A stretch of 64,000 nucleotides of DNA from Schmidtea nova (lineage: Eukaryota), in contig CM097884.1 of NCBI GenBank assembly GCA_044892505.1, forward strand, positions 68,696,001 through 68,760,000. Direction: 5' to 3'. Below are positions 13,281 through 25,514 of the stretch, piece by piece (position 1 is the stretch's first letter; each line of letters starts with the position of its first letter). The notes beneath the pieces are model-generated. The model did no database searches, had not been told where the DNA came from, and saw only the letters and a list, made by a program, of their open reading frames with translations. Made by a program: the position numbers and the translations under genes.

Positions 13281-13824
13281 TTTCCTCTTTTTAAACGGAT
13301 TTAGTCATTCAATGTTTCTTAATAAATATCTCCTATCTTCCATTTTTACTCTGAAGCTCCTTTCATGTCTTCATTCAATAATTTCCCCTTTCATCATTTT
13401 TATTTCGAATATCTCTTTTTATTAATACAAGGTCTTCTACATTAAATGTCCTAGGGCTGTTATTAATTTTCTTTTCAATTTGTTTAGACTTTACATCTAT
13501 CCATTCCAGAATAATCTTTCTTCCAAACACTAATTCAGCTGGAGTTTTGTTAATTGATTTTTTCTATCTCTGGAAATATTTCTACTCAATTTTTATGCAA
13601 TTTATCTTTCAAAGTAATATGAAGTGCAACTCGTATTGACTGTGATTATCGTTCAACCTGTCCATTAGCCGAATGATTATATTTACCTGAAAAATTCTCG
13701 ACTTATATTTCTGACATGATTCTCTTACCATCGTTCTTTCAAAACTCTTGCCTTTATCGGTATTTATAATTCTCGGTGCTCCATGTTTCAATATCCATTG
13801 GTTCAATAATTGGTTCAGAAACAT
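13281..13824 (-). pseudogene. Ty3/Gypsy integrase remnant with polypurine tract and start of a 3' LTR
   Basis: WILKHGAPRIINTDKGKSF and KTPAELVFGRKI. Minus strand AAAAAGAGGAAA is immediately followed by TGTGAGAT at 13280. Confidence 0.8.
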
Positions 13825-14325
13825 TTGACAACATCAAAATAAACAGATCGAATAAAATAAAAGCGAATTCCAAAAACGAATTATTCCTTATTCCAAAAAA
13901 AAATCCAATTCAAAACTTGAGCAAGCAAAATATCAATTTCAAATTTCAAAAAAATATGAGAATCTCATTCAGACACAAAGATACTTTATTTTAAAAAACC
14001 CCAGACAAGCAAAATTCTGACTCACAAAAATATTTAAAGGCACAGGCCAGTCGAAAACAACCAGTAAAATCAAATTCCAAAACCATTGATTGCACACTCA
14101 ATGGTTGTGGTGAAATTCCAGCACATAAGTTGTTGTGGTATTGTCATCTTGAGTACTCGTCGCATGTATTGACAGATACTTACTATGTTGATCAATCAAT
14201 ACCAATACATATTTCTTATTGGATAACGGACAATAAACCGAAAACAATTCACCAAAAACAAATCAGAGAAAAAAAATTTGCCTAAATACCAATTCACCGA
14301 AAAACAATTTATCGAGTAACCAAAT

Positions 14326-14545
14326 TTAGGTCGATGCAAAAATAACGTCGTATTTTTTCAAGCAAACAAAAATTAATTTTTTCACAAACTTTATTAATTT
14401 AGTTAATTTCAAAATTTCCATTATTTTTAATGACTTTCTCCCATCTTTTTGTCATATTTTTAATCCCACTTGAATAGAAACTTTCAGGTTTCGATGCAAA
14501 TGTGTCTAGCGCTGTTTTCACCTCCTCCGTTGTGTTGGGTATTTA
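14326..14545 (-). mobile_element. mariner 3' end fragment (transposase C-terminus plus terminal inverted repeat)
   Basis: TTEEVKTALDTFASKPESFYSSGIKNMTKRWEKVIKNNGNF. TTAGGTCGATGCAAAAATAAC at 14326 resembles the Hsmar1-type TIR TTAGGTTGGTGCAAAAGTAAT. Confidence 0.8.
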
Positions 14546-14799
14546 TAGTCAAGTCTGTTTTTATCTGACTCCTCAGTGTTCTTATTAAAATCAATGAACC
14601 TTTATAAATAATCAATCTAATACACAATTGTCCTTACAAATTATTTTATGTTTAACTGCTTTTCAAATTATTCGCTGACGCGCAGGGATACGTCTCTCAA
14701 CGGCAGATGTCCCTTTCTGGTACGCGTGTTAACAAATGAATTTAAATTTGATTATCACTGACCTCTTTTCTCTTTTTACTTTTCACAATTTCTTTAACT

Positions 14800-17700
14800 T
14801 TGTTTCCTTTGATCACGATACGTTTCTTTTCTTCGACCGTAACTGACAATTCTGTTGTTTTTGACTCTATATAAAATTTTTGCGAATTGATTTTTTTTCT
14901 CGGTAAATTGCCCGTTAAACGCCATTAAACCGTCAGTTTTTAATATCAAAATGCCAGTCTTCATTCTGAAGCAATTAAAATGCTAATTCCCATTTGTCTT
15001 CTGTCTGGAACATTAATTTTCAAGGCAATTAACTTGTCTCATCGGATTTTCCTCATTACTCCGGTTCTCCATTGGCTCAGGTTTTACGTTAGTTTTGGCT
15101 TTCCATTAGCTAATGAATTCTTAATTAATATTTTAGTTATTCCTTTCTGGGGACCCCCATTGATTTTATTTTTATATATTTGAATTCGTCTCATCAATCG
15201 GAATAGAATCAAACCAATTACCTGAGTCTAGGACATCTCCCTCGGGACTTTTCCTTCAATCAAATAGGACTTCCCCCAGTCATTCCCTCCATTATCTTTA
15301 TACTAAATTTATTTAAGATGACATTTTGCCAATTAATTATAAAAACTTATATTAAGTTATGTTACAAGAGAAAGGTTATTTAAAATAATGATAACAAGAT
15401 TTGTAACAAGATAACTGAGTTTAGGATTTCCGGAAGAGGATGAACTGCATTCTTATTCTGTTTAACTCTTCTTTTGTTTCTCCGTATATGTCGAATTGGC
15501 ACCATCTGAACAGCAGCTTGTTAGACTAGTTACTGTAGTTCTTGACGCAGAATTTGTTGCGGTGTTTCTTCAGTTTCCTCTGATTTTCGTTTGATACTTG
15601 CCCGGACCTTCAAAACCTCGCAATGAACCGAATCAGCAGTATGAGTGTGCTCATGCAGGTAACTAACTACTGACAGATCTTCATTTAATTTAACTTTTGC
15701 CTTACATTCACTTGTATTTTTCCCGGCACCTCGATGACGGTCACACTTATTACTTATAACATTGTTTGCTAAGCTTTTTTGTTTAATCTAATCAAAACCA
15801 TTTACCACAACTTTATTTTTTCCTCAAATACTCGCAACAGTTTCCAACTCCATCTTATGGGTTTTACAAAAATGTATTGGTTTAAATTTTTTGGAGTTTA
15901 TATAGATACAGAATAAGTAAACATTAAATCTGATTAAAACATTTAATCTATATATAAATTACTATGTATAAATAAATTTAGTAAAAAGAATAAGGGGGGG
16001 GCATGACTGGTGGGAAGTCCTATCTGATGGGGAAAGTCCGGGGGATATGTCCTGATACCCAATTACCTCCACCATATGTTGATTTTTAATTTTTTTAATC
16101 ATTGTTTTTGTATTTTTATTAATTTGTAGATTTTTGTGTTTTTATTAATTTCTATTTAAATTTTTTAAATTTTCACTTTACGTTTGAGTCACTTATGACA
16201 AAACCTAACAGTTGTTTTTAATTTTTTTCATTTAAATAATTTTGTAAGGATAAAAATAGGTTAAAATCAGGAAAATAAGGGGGATGCTTTAAAACATCTC
16301 AACTTAGCTCCTTTAATTTATGTTGTGTTATCATCGCAGTATATGGTCGCGCATTTTCATGGTGAAAGACGACACTCTCGCTATTGATAAGTTCGGGTCT
16401 TTTTATTACGAGTGACGACTTTAATTTTTGAATTTGTTCAAAATATCTTTCAGCATTTATGGTTGTGTTAGGTGCCAATAATTCAATTCAACAAATCGGT
16501 TACCCAAATATACCATGGAAGTTCCAAGAGGCATGGCAGTCACGATCCCCATGGGCAACGGGCATCAAGTTGCAAGAAATCTTCTTGCACCGGGAAAATT
16601 TATGCTGGAGGCCAAATTTAGCATTTTACCGAGTAGATGTAGTACGAAGAGAAGACAGCGAGTATTCGCAAGACTGGATTTGCGATATCCGATGATAAGA
16701 CGCTTACTATGAACTGAATTATTGCTCTGTTGTGTTCATTTAGTTAATTTTTAGAATTTGTTTTTAATTATAGTTTTAACTTGTTTTTCTATTGGTATTA
16801 TGGGTCTTGAACGAGGGGAAGGTGACTTGTGAAAGGGAGTATGTCTGCATTGATTAGGGATTCTAATAAAGGAAGAAGTAATTAAAGAGAACTTAGAGCG
16901 TAATAAACGATAAATTTATGATAGAACCAGATATAATGCTGCTAAATAAACCCCCTATGATTTTAGATGGAAAACCTGATACAAGTAATAGATACGAGTA
17001 ACGAAGGACAACTGCAAAGGCGCATCCGTCTACTAGAAGGAAAGTTTAGCTAACGGGAAATAGAAATCGACGAGATACGGCGAACGTGGTTTAGTCCGGC
17101 CGCCATGAAAGACGCCTTGAGAAGCAAAGATACAGTACTGCGGGCATTCGATGAGCAATCCACGGAATTATTCGCTACAAAACTAGAACTAAATCGATGC
17201 CTGAGAATGCTTTCCGACGACTTCATCTCGAGACACCCGAAAGACCAGATTCGCGCAAGCCCATCTGATCGCTGGGTTCCGCATCGAAGCACGACCATGG
17301 AGACGCAGACAGAGGACATATTACCGGCAGCGATTGTGGAGAGTGTTAAGGAAGTATCAACGATTGAATCGGTACCCGTGCCTCCAAAAACAAAGAAACG
17401 AACAGATTAGGCGCCAAGAGACGCTGTGAGCGAAGAGCATTCGCCGAGAGAATGGGCATCGAGGTAGACCTATTAAGCGGCCTGACGGAAAAGCAGTTGA
17501 TCAATGTTTTCAAAACCACCGTATTTTTAGGATAAATAAATGTATTAATTTATTTATGGTGGTTTTGATTTTTGTTTGTTCATTGTTGTTTGTAAGTATG
17601 TGGGTATGATGAATGCTTAAGTATAATTAAAACATTTATAAAAATGACATTAAGTAACGGTTAAGACCTTCTATCAGTCAAGAATGAACCCGTAGTATTA

Positions 17701-17860
17701 ATAGGGGAATAGTAACTACCTAAGTTGCTCACATGCCTTATTAATCTACACCGCTCACTAGAGACGCAAATAGGTTAAATCATTGGTACTGGCGCGATAG
17801 TTAATTTTTATGTTGTCAGGGTGACCCAATCATTCCATCATGACGAACCCGTGTTTAACA
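14800..17860 (-). mobile_element. Decayed LTR family copy F2 (gag sense = minus)
   Basis: Inverted homology to F1 both downstream of the accessory ORF (17660-17740 vs 7830-7910) and in the gag-like region (15040-15130 vs 11220-11260). Possible start TGTTAAACAC at 17860 and PBS-like TGGTGCC at ~15504. Confidence 0.55.
17040..17535 (+). pseudogene. Frameshifted paralogue of the family-F accessory ORF
   Basis: TWFSPAAMK..TELFATKLELNRCL..DRW aligns with SWFSPDQMK..TELEATKIELKKCL..QRW. After a frameshift near 17399 it continues NRLGAKRRCERR..EVDLLSGL, matching KNKMGARQRRWKK..EIDLTTDF. Confidence 0.8.
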
Positions 17861-18250
17861 TCAACCAACAAAGTAAACAGTTTCGAATATGCACTCTTTT
17901 CTGACATTTTAAAAATTCATAATGTATCTGTATAGCTCAACTGCTAACGGTAAACTGAAAATAATATTAAAAGAAACCCTCCTTTATTTGATACAAAGAC
18001 ACCATTAAGAATATTTGTTAACACAGTTGGTGAAAAAATATACCACAGCCTACGTAAAAATGCGATATTACTTGTGCATTTTTTAATTTTTTTCTTTAAC
18101 ACTTTACGGAGGGGTGATGGGTAGGTTTTCTACTTTTAATTCATTTATTCTTTAATAACGAAGACAAAAATAAAAATTTAACAAAAAACATACTTACCAG
18201 AAATTGATTTATTATTTTAATTCTCTGTAAAAATATATATGAAAATATTA

Positions 18251-18436
18251 TATTATTATCAATAATTCTCATAATGATGACTATAGATCAAAATTTTTTT
18301 TATAAACAATAACACAATATTTCGGCACAGCCTTTATCAAGTGTGTATTGATAAAGGCTGTGCCGAAATATTGTGTTATTGTTTATAAAAAAAATTTGAT
18401 CTATAGTCATCATTATGAGAATTATTGATAATAATA
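18251..18436. repeat. Near-perfect palindrome, ~89-bp arms, 7-nt loop (GTGTGTA)
   Basis: Arms 18251-18340 and 18348-18436 are reverse complements except for one A-run length difference. Confidence 0.95.
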
Positions 18437-18599
18437 ATAAAAAAAGATCAAAGGTGAAAAAAGATAATTATGAAAATAGTATAGTTAATACTTGAATGAT
18501 TAAATGTATTGAATCAGTTATAATTATATTAATAGTTTTTATTTTTTATTTAGTAAGTAAATACATTAGATTACAAATAAGAAACAATAAAATGAGAAA

Positions 18600-19585
18600 T
18601 TGTGCGTAATATTTCGCAGATAGTCTTTTACATTGGCTTCTACCTCAAATAATTTCACTATTCGCATAATTCTTTCATTTAAGTTTACAAATTTCTTTTT
18701 TTAGGGACGGGGTTATCTCCGGAAATTAGTTGAACTATTTTTACCTCATTCATATATTGTTCTCTCTTAATACCGCCTATGAACTTCCAAATTGTGGGAT
18801 GACAGCAAGATATTTGGGCTTCAAAACAACGATGCCAACCCTCGAAGGAATTGTTCGTTCTCAGTAAACCTACCAAAACACTATCGTATCAGTTCCTCAT
18901 TTCTAGGCTAAATTGTAGGAGTTTACGTTTATTATTTCTAGCAGGACGCCCGATCCATGTATCTTCGAAGTATTCAACAATGTCGTGTAACTCGGGTGGG
19001 AAAAATTCAAAGTCGAGCAATTTATCAAATGCTAAGATAGCAAGCGGTACAGGAACAAAAGCTAGCGCTGGCAAATGTCTCATTTTAAGAGAAAATTCCG
19101 CGTTTTGGTCATATCGTTGCTTTAAACCGGCTTGTTGAACCTTTCAAAAAACAGACTGTGCTAAATGAAAGAAGCACTTACGTACAATACTTTCTGGAAA
19201 TTGTTCACTTATTGCATTCTCCATTGATATTTCAAAGTCAATTATTATTGATTCGGGTTTCATTGATGTTTGCAGTAATTTTATTTCTTGTAAAATTTGT
19301 TGTAAATTATTTCAGTTTTACTCGGTAACAAAGCATAAATTAATGAAATATAAACACTTTCTTTTAATCCATGAATGGTGTACATTTGATAAAAAAAGGA
19401 AGGAACAGTTTTTAACGTCCACGTACCAGTGCTCTGATTCGGAAAGAAATTTCCAATTGTTCTCCAATTGTTCAAATTCTCTTTTGACGATTTTCACAGC
19501 TTTGAAAACATCTTTAATTATGTTTTTTATCTCTCATTACAAAATTTACTTTTTCATATTTTCCACTTTTCTAAATTTTGCATGA
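18600..19585 (-). pseudogene. MULE (Mutator-like) transposase, frameshifted
   Basis: TWTLKTVPSFFYQMYTIHG, IIDFE..MENAI...FP....KCFFHLAQ, YFEDTWIG, RTNNSFEGWH....ISCCHPTIWKFI. Confidence 0.9.
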
Positions 19586-19606
19586 CATAACTTATTTTGA
19601 TTATCT

Positions 19607-20340
19607 TTATTCTTGAAAAGTTTTTCTATATAAAATTGTTAAACCCAAGGAACTCCTTAACTTCTTTAAACACTTTAGTCTTTTCACATCTTTGATTCCT
19701 TTTATTTTATCTGGATCTGCTTGAATACCTTTTTTATTGATAATGTGACCAACAATTTGTATTTCATTTTTCTTAGAATAGCATTTTGACGGGGTTAAAT
19801 TTAATCCTGATTTCTCTATTTTTATAAACATTTTTTCCATTATGATAATGTTCTAAAGATTTTGAAAAAAATTTATATGTAATCTAAATATACCACCGCA
19901 GCTTTTCAGTTCCAATCTGCCAGTACCTTATTCATTAGTTTTTGAAAATTTCCAAGTGCTGCTGCGATTCCAAAGGGCATCCTATTAAAACATCATAGTT
20001 TATTCTTCGTCGAAAATGATGTTTTAAGTTTAGTCTTTTAATACGACATGGTAATATGCGTTTCCAAGATCAATTATCGAAAAATATTTTGAGCCATTCA
20101 AAACATCCAATAATTCATTCATAGTTGGCATTGGAAACACTGGTCTTCGATATATTATTTAGCGCTCCAAAGTCTAAACAAAGTCTTACATCATCAATTT
20201 ATTTTTTCTTTACACACACCAATGGTGTATTCCACCCTGATTCACATTCTTTAATAATTCCATGCGTTTCCATTTTTGAATTTAATCTACAATTTTATCT
20301 AATGTGCCAGCTGTCTCCTTGGATTGAGTGCAATTAGTTT
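19607..20340 (-). pseudogene. Ty3/Gypsy reverse transcriptase fragment (separate from G1)
   Basis: WNTPLVCVKKK..VRLCLDF, FQKLMNKVL..AVVYLD, KCY..NEIQIVGHIINKKGIQADPDKI. Confidence 0.85.
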
Positions 20341-20505
20341 ATTCTATGTAATGATTTCATGTTTTAGGATTGTTAGAAGCAATTAAATTCAACTCTTCTT
20401 CCATAATATTTATTAAATTTTTATCACAATTTCAAAATGTCCCCGTTTAATTCTGAATATTAAAACACTGAGGCATTTGTAATTCTAATATTAATGAGGA
20501 TATTG

Positions 20506-20508
<3 letters not shown>

Positions 20509-20589
<81 letters not shown>
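20509..20589. repeat. (TA)n microsatellite; others at 24335-24416 and 25434-25506
   Basis: Uninterrupted TA runs of ~70-80 nt. Confidence 0.98.
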
Positions 20590-20593
<4 letters not shown>

Positions 20594-22636
20594 TATTAAT
20601 ATAAAATATCTAAAATGTTACTCGTTAAATTAATTAATTAAATTATTTTTAATTTAAAAGGAGTTTTGGAAATCCTTACATCCCCCTTCTTTAAAATGTT
20701 TAATCCTTTCATTATATTTCTGACTATAGTCTTCCCATTCTTGTCTTCTAATAAGTAACTTCTTTCATGAATTTGTTCGTGGTCTTTATTTCGAATTTCC
20801 TTTTTTACTAACACTTTCTCCAATTTCTAATTCTCTTTTTGTTTTGACTTCCTCTTCCTGTCTTTTGTCTTCTAATCTCTGCGTAATGTCTTCTCTATTA
20901 ATTTTATTATTAACATGCCATTGTAATCTATTAATCTTTCTTCCAAAAATAATTTCAGCTGGGCTAACTGCAGTAGTTTTCTGAGCTGTCGCATTTAAAG
21001 TGTATTCTATATCAGGTAATAATTCTGCCCAATTTTTCTTCATTCCATCATTTAATGATGTGTTAATATAATCTCTAATAGTTCGAAACGGTCTTTCAAC
21101 TAAACCATTGGTATTATGGTGATACGGACTTGAAAATATTAACTCTATACCTGCTGTTTTTGCCAGTTCTTTAATGATATTTGCTTCGAAATTCTTTCCA
21201 CAATCTACATGTAATTCTTTAGGTGCCCCAAATTTAAGTATCCATTTATGTAACAAAACTTTTCTTATTGTTTTTTCATCCTGTTAAATAATAGCAGTTA
21301 GTGAAATATATTTACTGTAATGATCAATTATAGCACAAATATATTTATCTCCCTTTAATGTTTCTCTTAAAGGTTCACAGATGTCCATGTATATTTTTTC
21401 AAAAGGTTCAGAAGCTTGAATGACTTTGGTTTCTTCTTTAGACTTTTTGGTCATAACTTTGTTTTTCTGGCATGATTCACATGTAGAGATAGTCACCTTA
21501 ATTTCTTTTGCCATGTTAACATATCAAAATTGTTCTGAATGTATTTCATTACTTTTTCTAACCCTGCATGACATAATAGCAAATGTGTTTTCTTTATCAT
21601 TTCTCGTCTTTTAATTTCTGGTATCCATATTTTGTCTTTATTTGTATAGACTATATTATTTTTTAAATAAAATTTATCCTTTTCATTTCTATTAATTCTA
21701 TCTTTTATATTTTGTATCTCTGCATTATCCTTTTGCCATTCATCTCCGTTATTTTCTGTCATCAAAGTTAAAAACCTAGTTTTTAATTTTCCTGATTTTG
21801 GATTTTCATGTTCCATTGCACATTGTACACATTTCCCACAGATATTTCTAGAAAGCATATCTGCATTAGTATGCGCAGTACCTTTTCTGAACTCAATTTT
21901 TATGTCCAAACTACTTAAATAATTTATCCATGTTTGGAATTGTGCTGTGATTGGCTTTTTTGTCGTTAACATAAAAGTAATCGCTTTATGGTCAGTGCGT
22001 AAGACAAATCATTTACCAAATAAATAATGATTGAAATGACGACAAAAATAGTAAATAGCCAAAATGGTAAAATGCAATACCCTCTTTCGTGTGATTCCAT
22101 TGCATGTGATCCATATGCTACAACATGCTCGTACCCCCATTCATCAGTTTGCGATAAAACGGCCCTAATCGTATCAAAACTTGCGTCTGTATCTAATATA
22201 AATTCCTTCCTGAAATCTGGGAATACAAGAACCGGTGCAGTTGTTAATGCTATTTTCATTTCTCCAAAGGCTTTTTCACATTCCTCAGTCCAAATCATTT
22301 TTTCATTGCTATTTCCACATATACTTTCTAAGGTTCTTGATTTCTTTGCATAATCCTTAATAAATCTGCGATAGTTATTACATATACCCAAAAAACTCCT
22401 CAAATTTTTTATACATTTTGGTTTTTGAAATGACTGGATCGCTTCAATTTTACTTTTGTCTGTACTTATTCCTTGGCTGTTTATAACGTGACCTAAGAAT
22501 TTAACTTCATTTTTTAATAACTGACACTTTTCAGGATTAATTTTTAATTTTGCCTCCAATATTTTCTCTAACACTCTTTTGAAAGTCTTGTAGTGTTCCT
22601 CTACCGTTTTTATAAAAATCGAAATATCATCTAAAT

Positions 22637-22998
22637 CAGAGGTTCCCAAACTTCTTTGGCTCTGGACCCACTTGGAAATATTTTTGACATCTCGGGACCC
22701 ACTGAATAAAATTAAGCATCGAGTACTCAGTAATATCTCATAAATTGGGTTAAAATATTCCGATTTACAGACAGCGTTTAGAAACTTTAGAAATTAGCAC
22801 ATTTAAAACATAAAAATGAAACTTAGGAAAACAGTAAAAAATTTATTCCAATGCAAAAGCAACAGTTTTAACAGTGTTATAACAGTTTAACTAATATTTA
22901 TACTGTCAAGTTTATGTTTTCCTAAAAACTTTCGCAACCCACTTGCCAGAGCTTGGCGACCCACTTTTGGGTCGCGACCCACAGTTTGGGAACCTCTG
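22637..22998. mobile_element. hAT (Buster-type) MITE, 362 bp
   Basis: TIR CAGAGGTTCCCAAAC at both ends. 8-bp TSD ATCTAAAT at 22629-22636 and 22999-23006, with central TA. Confidence 0.95.
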
Positions 22999-24331
22999 AT
23001 CTAAATACACAATTACCCCTTCTTTATTTAGATCTTTTAATACTTTTGTCATTAATTCTTGAAATGTACCTGGCGCAGTTGCAATGCCAAATGGTATTCG
23101 ATTAAAACAAAATTGGCCTTCTTTAGTAGAAAAAGCTGTCTTTTCTTGAGATTCAATATCCAATCTTACTTGATAATAAGTGTTCCCGAGATCTATAGAA
23201 CTAAAGTATTTAGATCCATGTAGTGTATCTAATATTTCGTCAAAGTTCGGCATTGGAAACGCTTGTCTTTCGGTAATTTTATTCAGTTGCCTAAAGTCTA
23301 AACAAAGTCTAATATCTTTTTCTCTTTTTTCCACACGCATACTAAAGGTGTATTCCAAGGCGAGTTACATTTCCTTATGATATCATTATCTTCTAATTTT
23401 TTTATTGCATTATTTATTTTCTCCTTTAAATTGATAGGCTGTCTTCTCGGCTTTATCATTATTGGTTCACCTTTTGTAATAATTTTATGTTCAATTAAAT
23501 TCGTACATCCAATATCCCACTTATCTGTCATAAAAACATTTATATTTTTCTTTACAATTTCTAACAGTTTATTATTCTCGTATAATTTTAAAGTTTCTAT
23601 TGTTTTCTGTAATCTTTCAGTATTTGTAATATTTCTTCCAAATTTCGCTTCTATTTCACATATAAAGTCATTCGATCTTTCACATCTACTCTCTATATAT
23701 CTTAATTCTATTCCAAACTGTTTCTGCAATTCCACTCCTCCAATTATATCTGGGACAACGTTTGTAACTACAATAAATATTACTTTTCTTGCTATATTAC
23801 CAATTCTAACATCAATTTGTATCTTTCCTACTGTTTCCAGTTTGCTATCATTTGCACATCTTAATTTATCGTTTGTCCTTATTATTTCAACATTTTCTAA
23901 TTTATCCACAACTGCTTTAGTCATAACATTAACTCTAGCTCCCGTATCTAACAAACATTCCATTTTATGGTTCTGAATTTCAAGAGTTGTACTCGGTCTA
24001 CCTTGCATTTTATTATATGTCAATCGTGGCTCTTCCCATTCTTCGTCAGTGAATATATTTTGCTTCTCCTTAAAATTTGAATTAGCCATTATTTCATTCA
24101 TCCATATTTTATAATTTCTCTCTGTATTCTCTAATTTTTTAAAAAACTTTTAAACTTTTTCTGCTATTATTTCATTACTACATTCTGTTTATTTAAAATT
24201 ATTATCTTTTTGATTTTCAAAATTTTTAATATTATTATTTAATAAAGTCTGGTCAGCATTAAAAAAATTACTAAAATTACATACATTACTACTTTTAAAA
24301 TTACATATTTTATTAGATAAAGGTTTTATAC

Positions 24332-24418
<87 letters not shown>

Positions 24419-24750
24419 AATTATTTACATCATTATTAAAACTATGGCCAATATCTGCACTAATATCAAAATTACCTAATAAATTGCTCCGATCATTGCC
24501 TCCCGTGTCGAAGCGTGTCCTTTTGGGTGCTGGGTGTCATCACATTTGTCCTCAGAATCATGCGAATAGTCCATTTGCATCATTTCATCATTAGCTTCAA
24601 TAGCTGCTACGGATTTTCACTGGTGTTGATTCCTCTGTTGATATCTCATTGATTGATTTGGATAGTAATTGTTTTAGTGGTTTTGTCGCTGACTTTTGTT
24701 CGACTTTGTTTTATACTTACCTGGCGCGGAGAGAAATTTTCGCTTCTCCT

Positions 24751-24804
24751 GCAAACACTGATGAGAGCCAAAAGCTCGAAACTAGTCTGCTATTGGGGAT
24801 TTGC
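24751..24804 (+). ncRNA. Minimal type I hammerhead ribozyme, copy 1 (stem I partly disrupted)
   Basis: CTGATGA-GAGC-CAAAA-GCTC-GAAAC-TA-GTC. Predicted cleavage after 24787. The 5' strand of stem I reads AAACA instead of ATAGCA. Confidence 0.8.
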
Positions 24805-25135
24805 ACTGGGTATCACAAAAAAAATCACAAGCTTTTTTTTTGTTTAAAACAAATAAGTCATCCGACAAATGTTTTTTTCAAAAGATATTTCAAGAAATTG
24901 AAATAATGAAGCTAAGGCAGTCGGGTGCGCTTGCAAACAGTTTCTGTTGAACACTTTTAGTGCGCAGAGGTGAAAATGAAATTCATACGCCATGTTTGCA
25001 AGTTACAGATTATCTGTAGGACCTTGCATATTCAAGTGATGTTTTATCCAGTGTACCAGGTATAGTATATAACAAAAATCTTTCGACTTTGTTTTATACT
25101 TACCTGGCGCGGAGAGAAATTTTCGCGTCTCCTGC

Positions 25136-25177
25136 ATAGCACTGATGAGAGCCAAAAGCTCGAAACTAGTCTGCTAT
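25136..25177 (+). ncRNA. Minimal type I hammerhead ribozyme, copy 2 (intact)
   Basis: ATAGCA-CTGATGA-GAGC-CAAAA-GCTC-GAAAC-TA-GTC-TGCTAT: 6-bp stem I, full catalytic core, 4-bp stem II and palindromic mini stem III (ACTAGT). Predicted GUC cleavage after 25171. Confidence 0.92.
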
Positions 25178-25317
25178 TGGGGATTTGCACTGGGTATCAC
25201 AAAAAAAATCACAAGCTTTTTTTTTGTTTGATATATATATATAAATATAAATAAATATATATAAATATATATATATATATTATCATAATTATCTTTTTTC
25301 ACCTTTGATCTTTTTTT

Positions 25318-25429
25318 ATTATTATTATCAATAATTCTCATAATGACTATAGATCAAAATTTTTTTTTATAAACAATTGTTTATAAAAAAAAATTTTGAT
25401 CTATAGTCATTATGAGAATTATTGATAAT

Positions 25430-25435
<6 letters not shown>
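25318..25435. repeat. Perfect 118-bp spacerless palindrome, same family as 18251-18436
   Basis: 59-bp arms meeting at AAACAA|TTGTTT. Shares the flank AAAAAAGATCAAAGGTGAAAAAAGATAATTATGA (inverted) with the 18.4-kb copy. Confidence 0.95.

Positions 25436-25514
<79 letters not shown>

Larger units (their letters stand above)
24699..25229 (+). mobile_element. Retrozyme-like unit: ~145-bp direct repeats with hammerheads, 384-nt monomer
   Basis: 24699-24845 repeats at 25082-25229. No long ORF. Internal complementarity (CTTGCAAACA/TGTTTGCAAG, CACTGG/CCAGTG, CCAGGTA/TACCTGG). Confidence 0.75.

Noticed and set aside
24713-24850. Complete U1 snRNA gene
   Set aside because: Only the first ~12-14 nt match. 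No U1-70K loop, U1A loop or Sm site, and a hammerhead follows instead.
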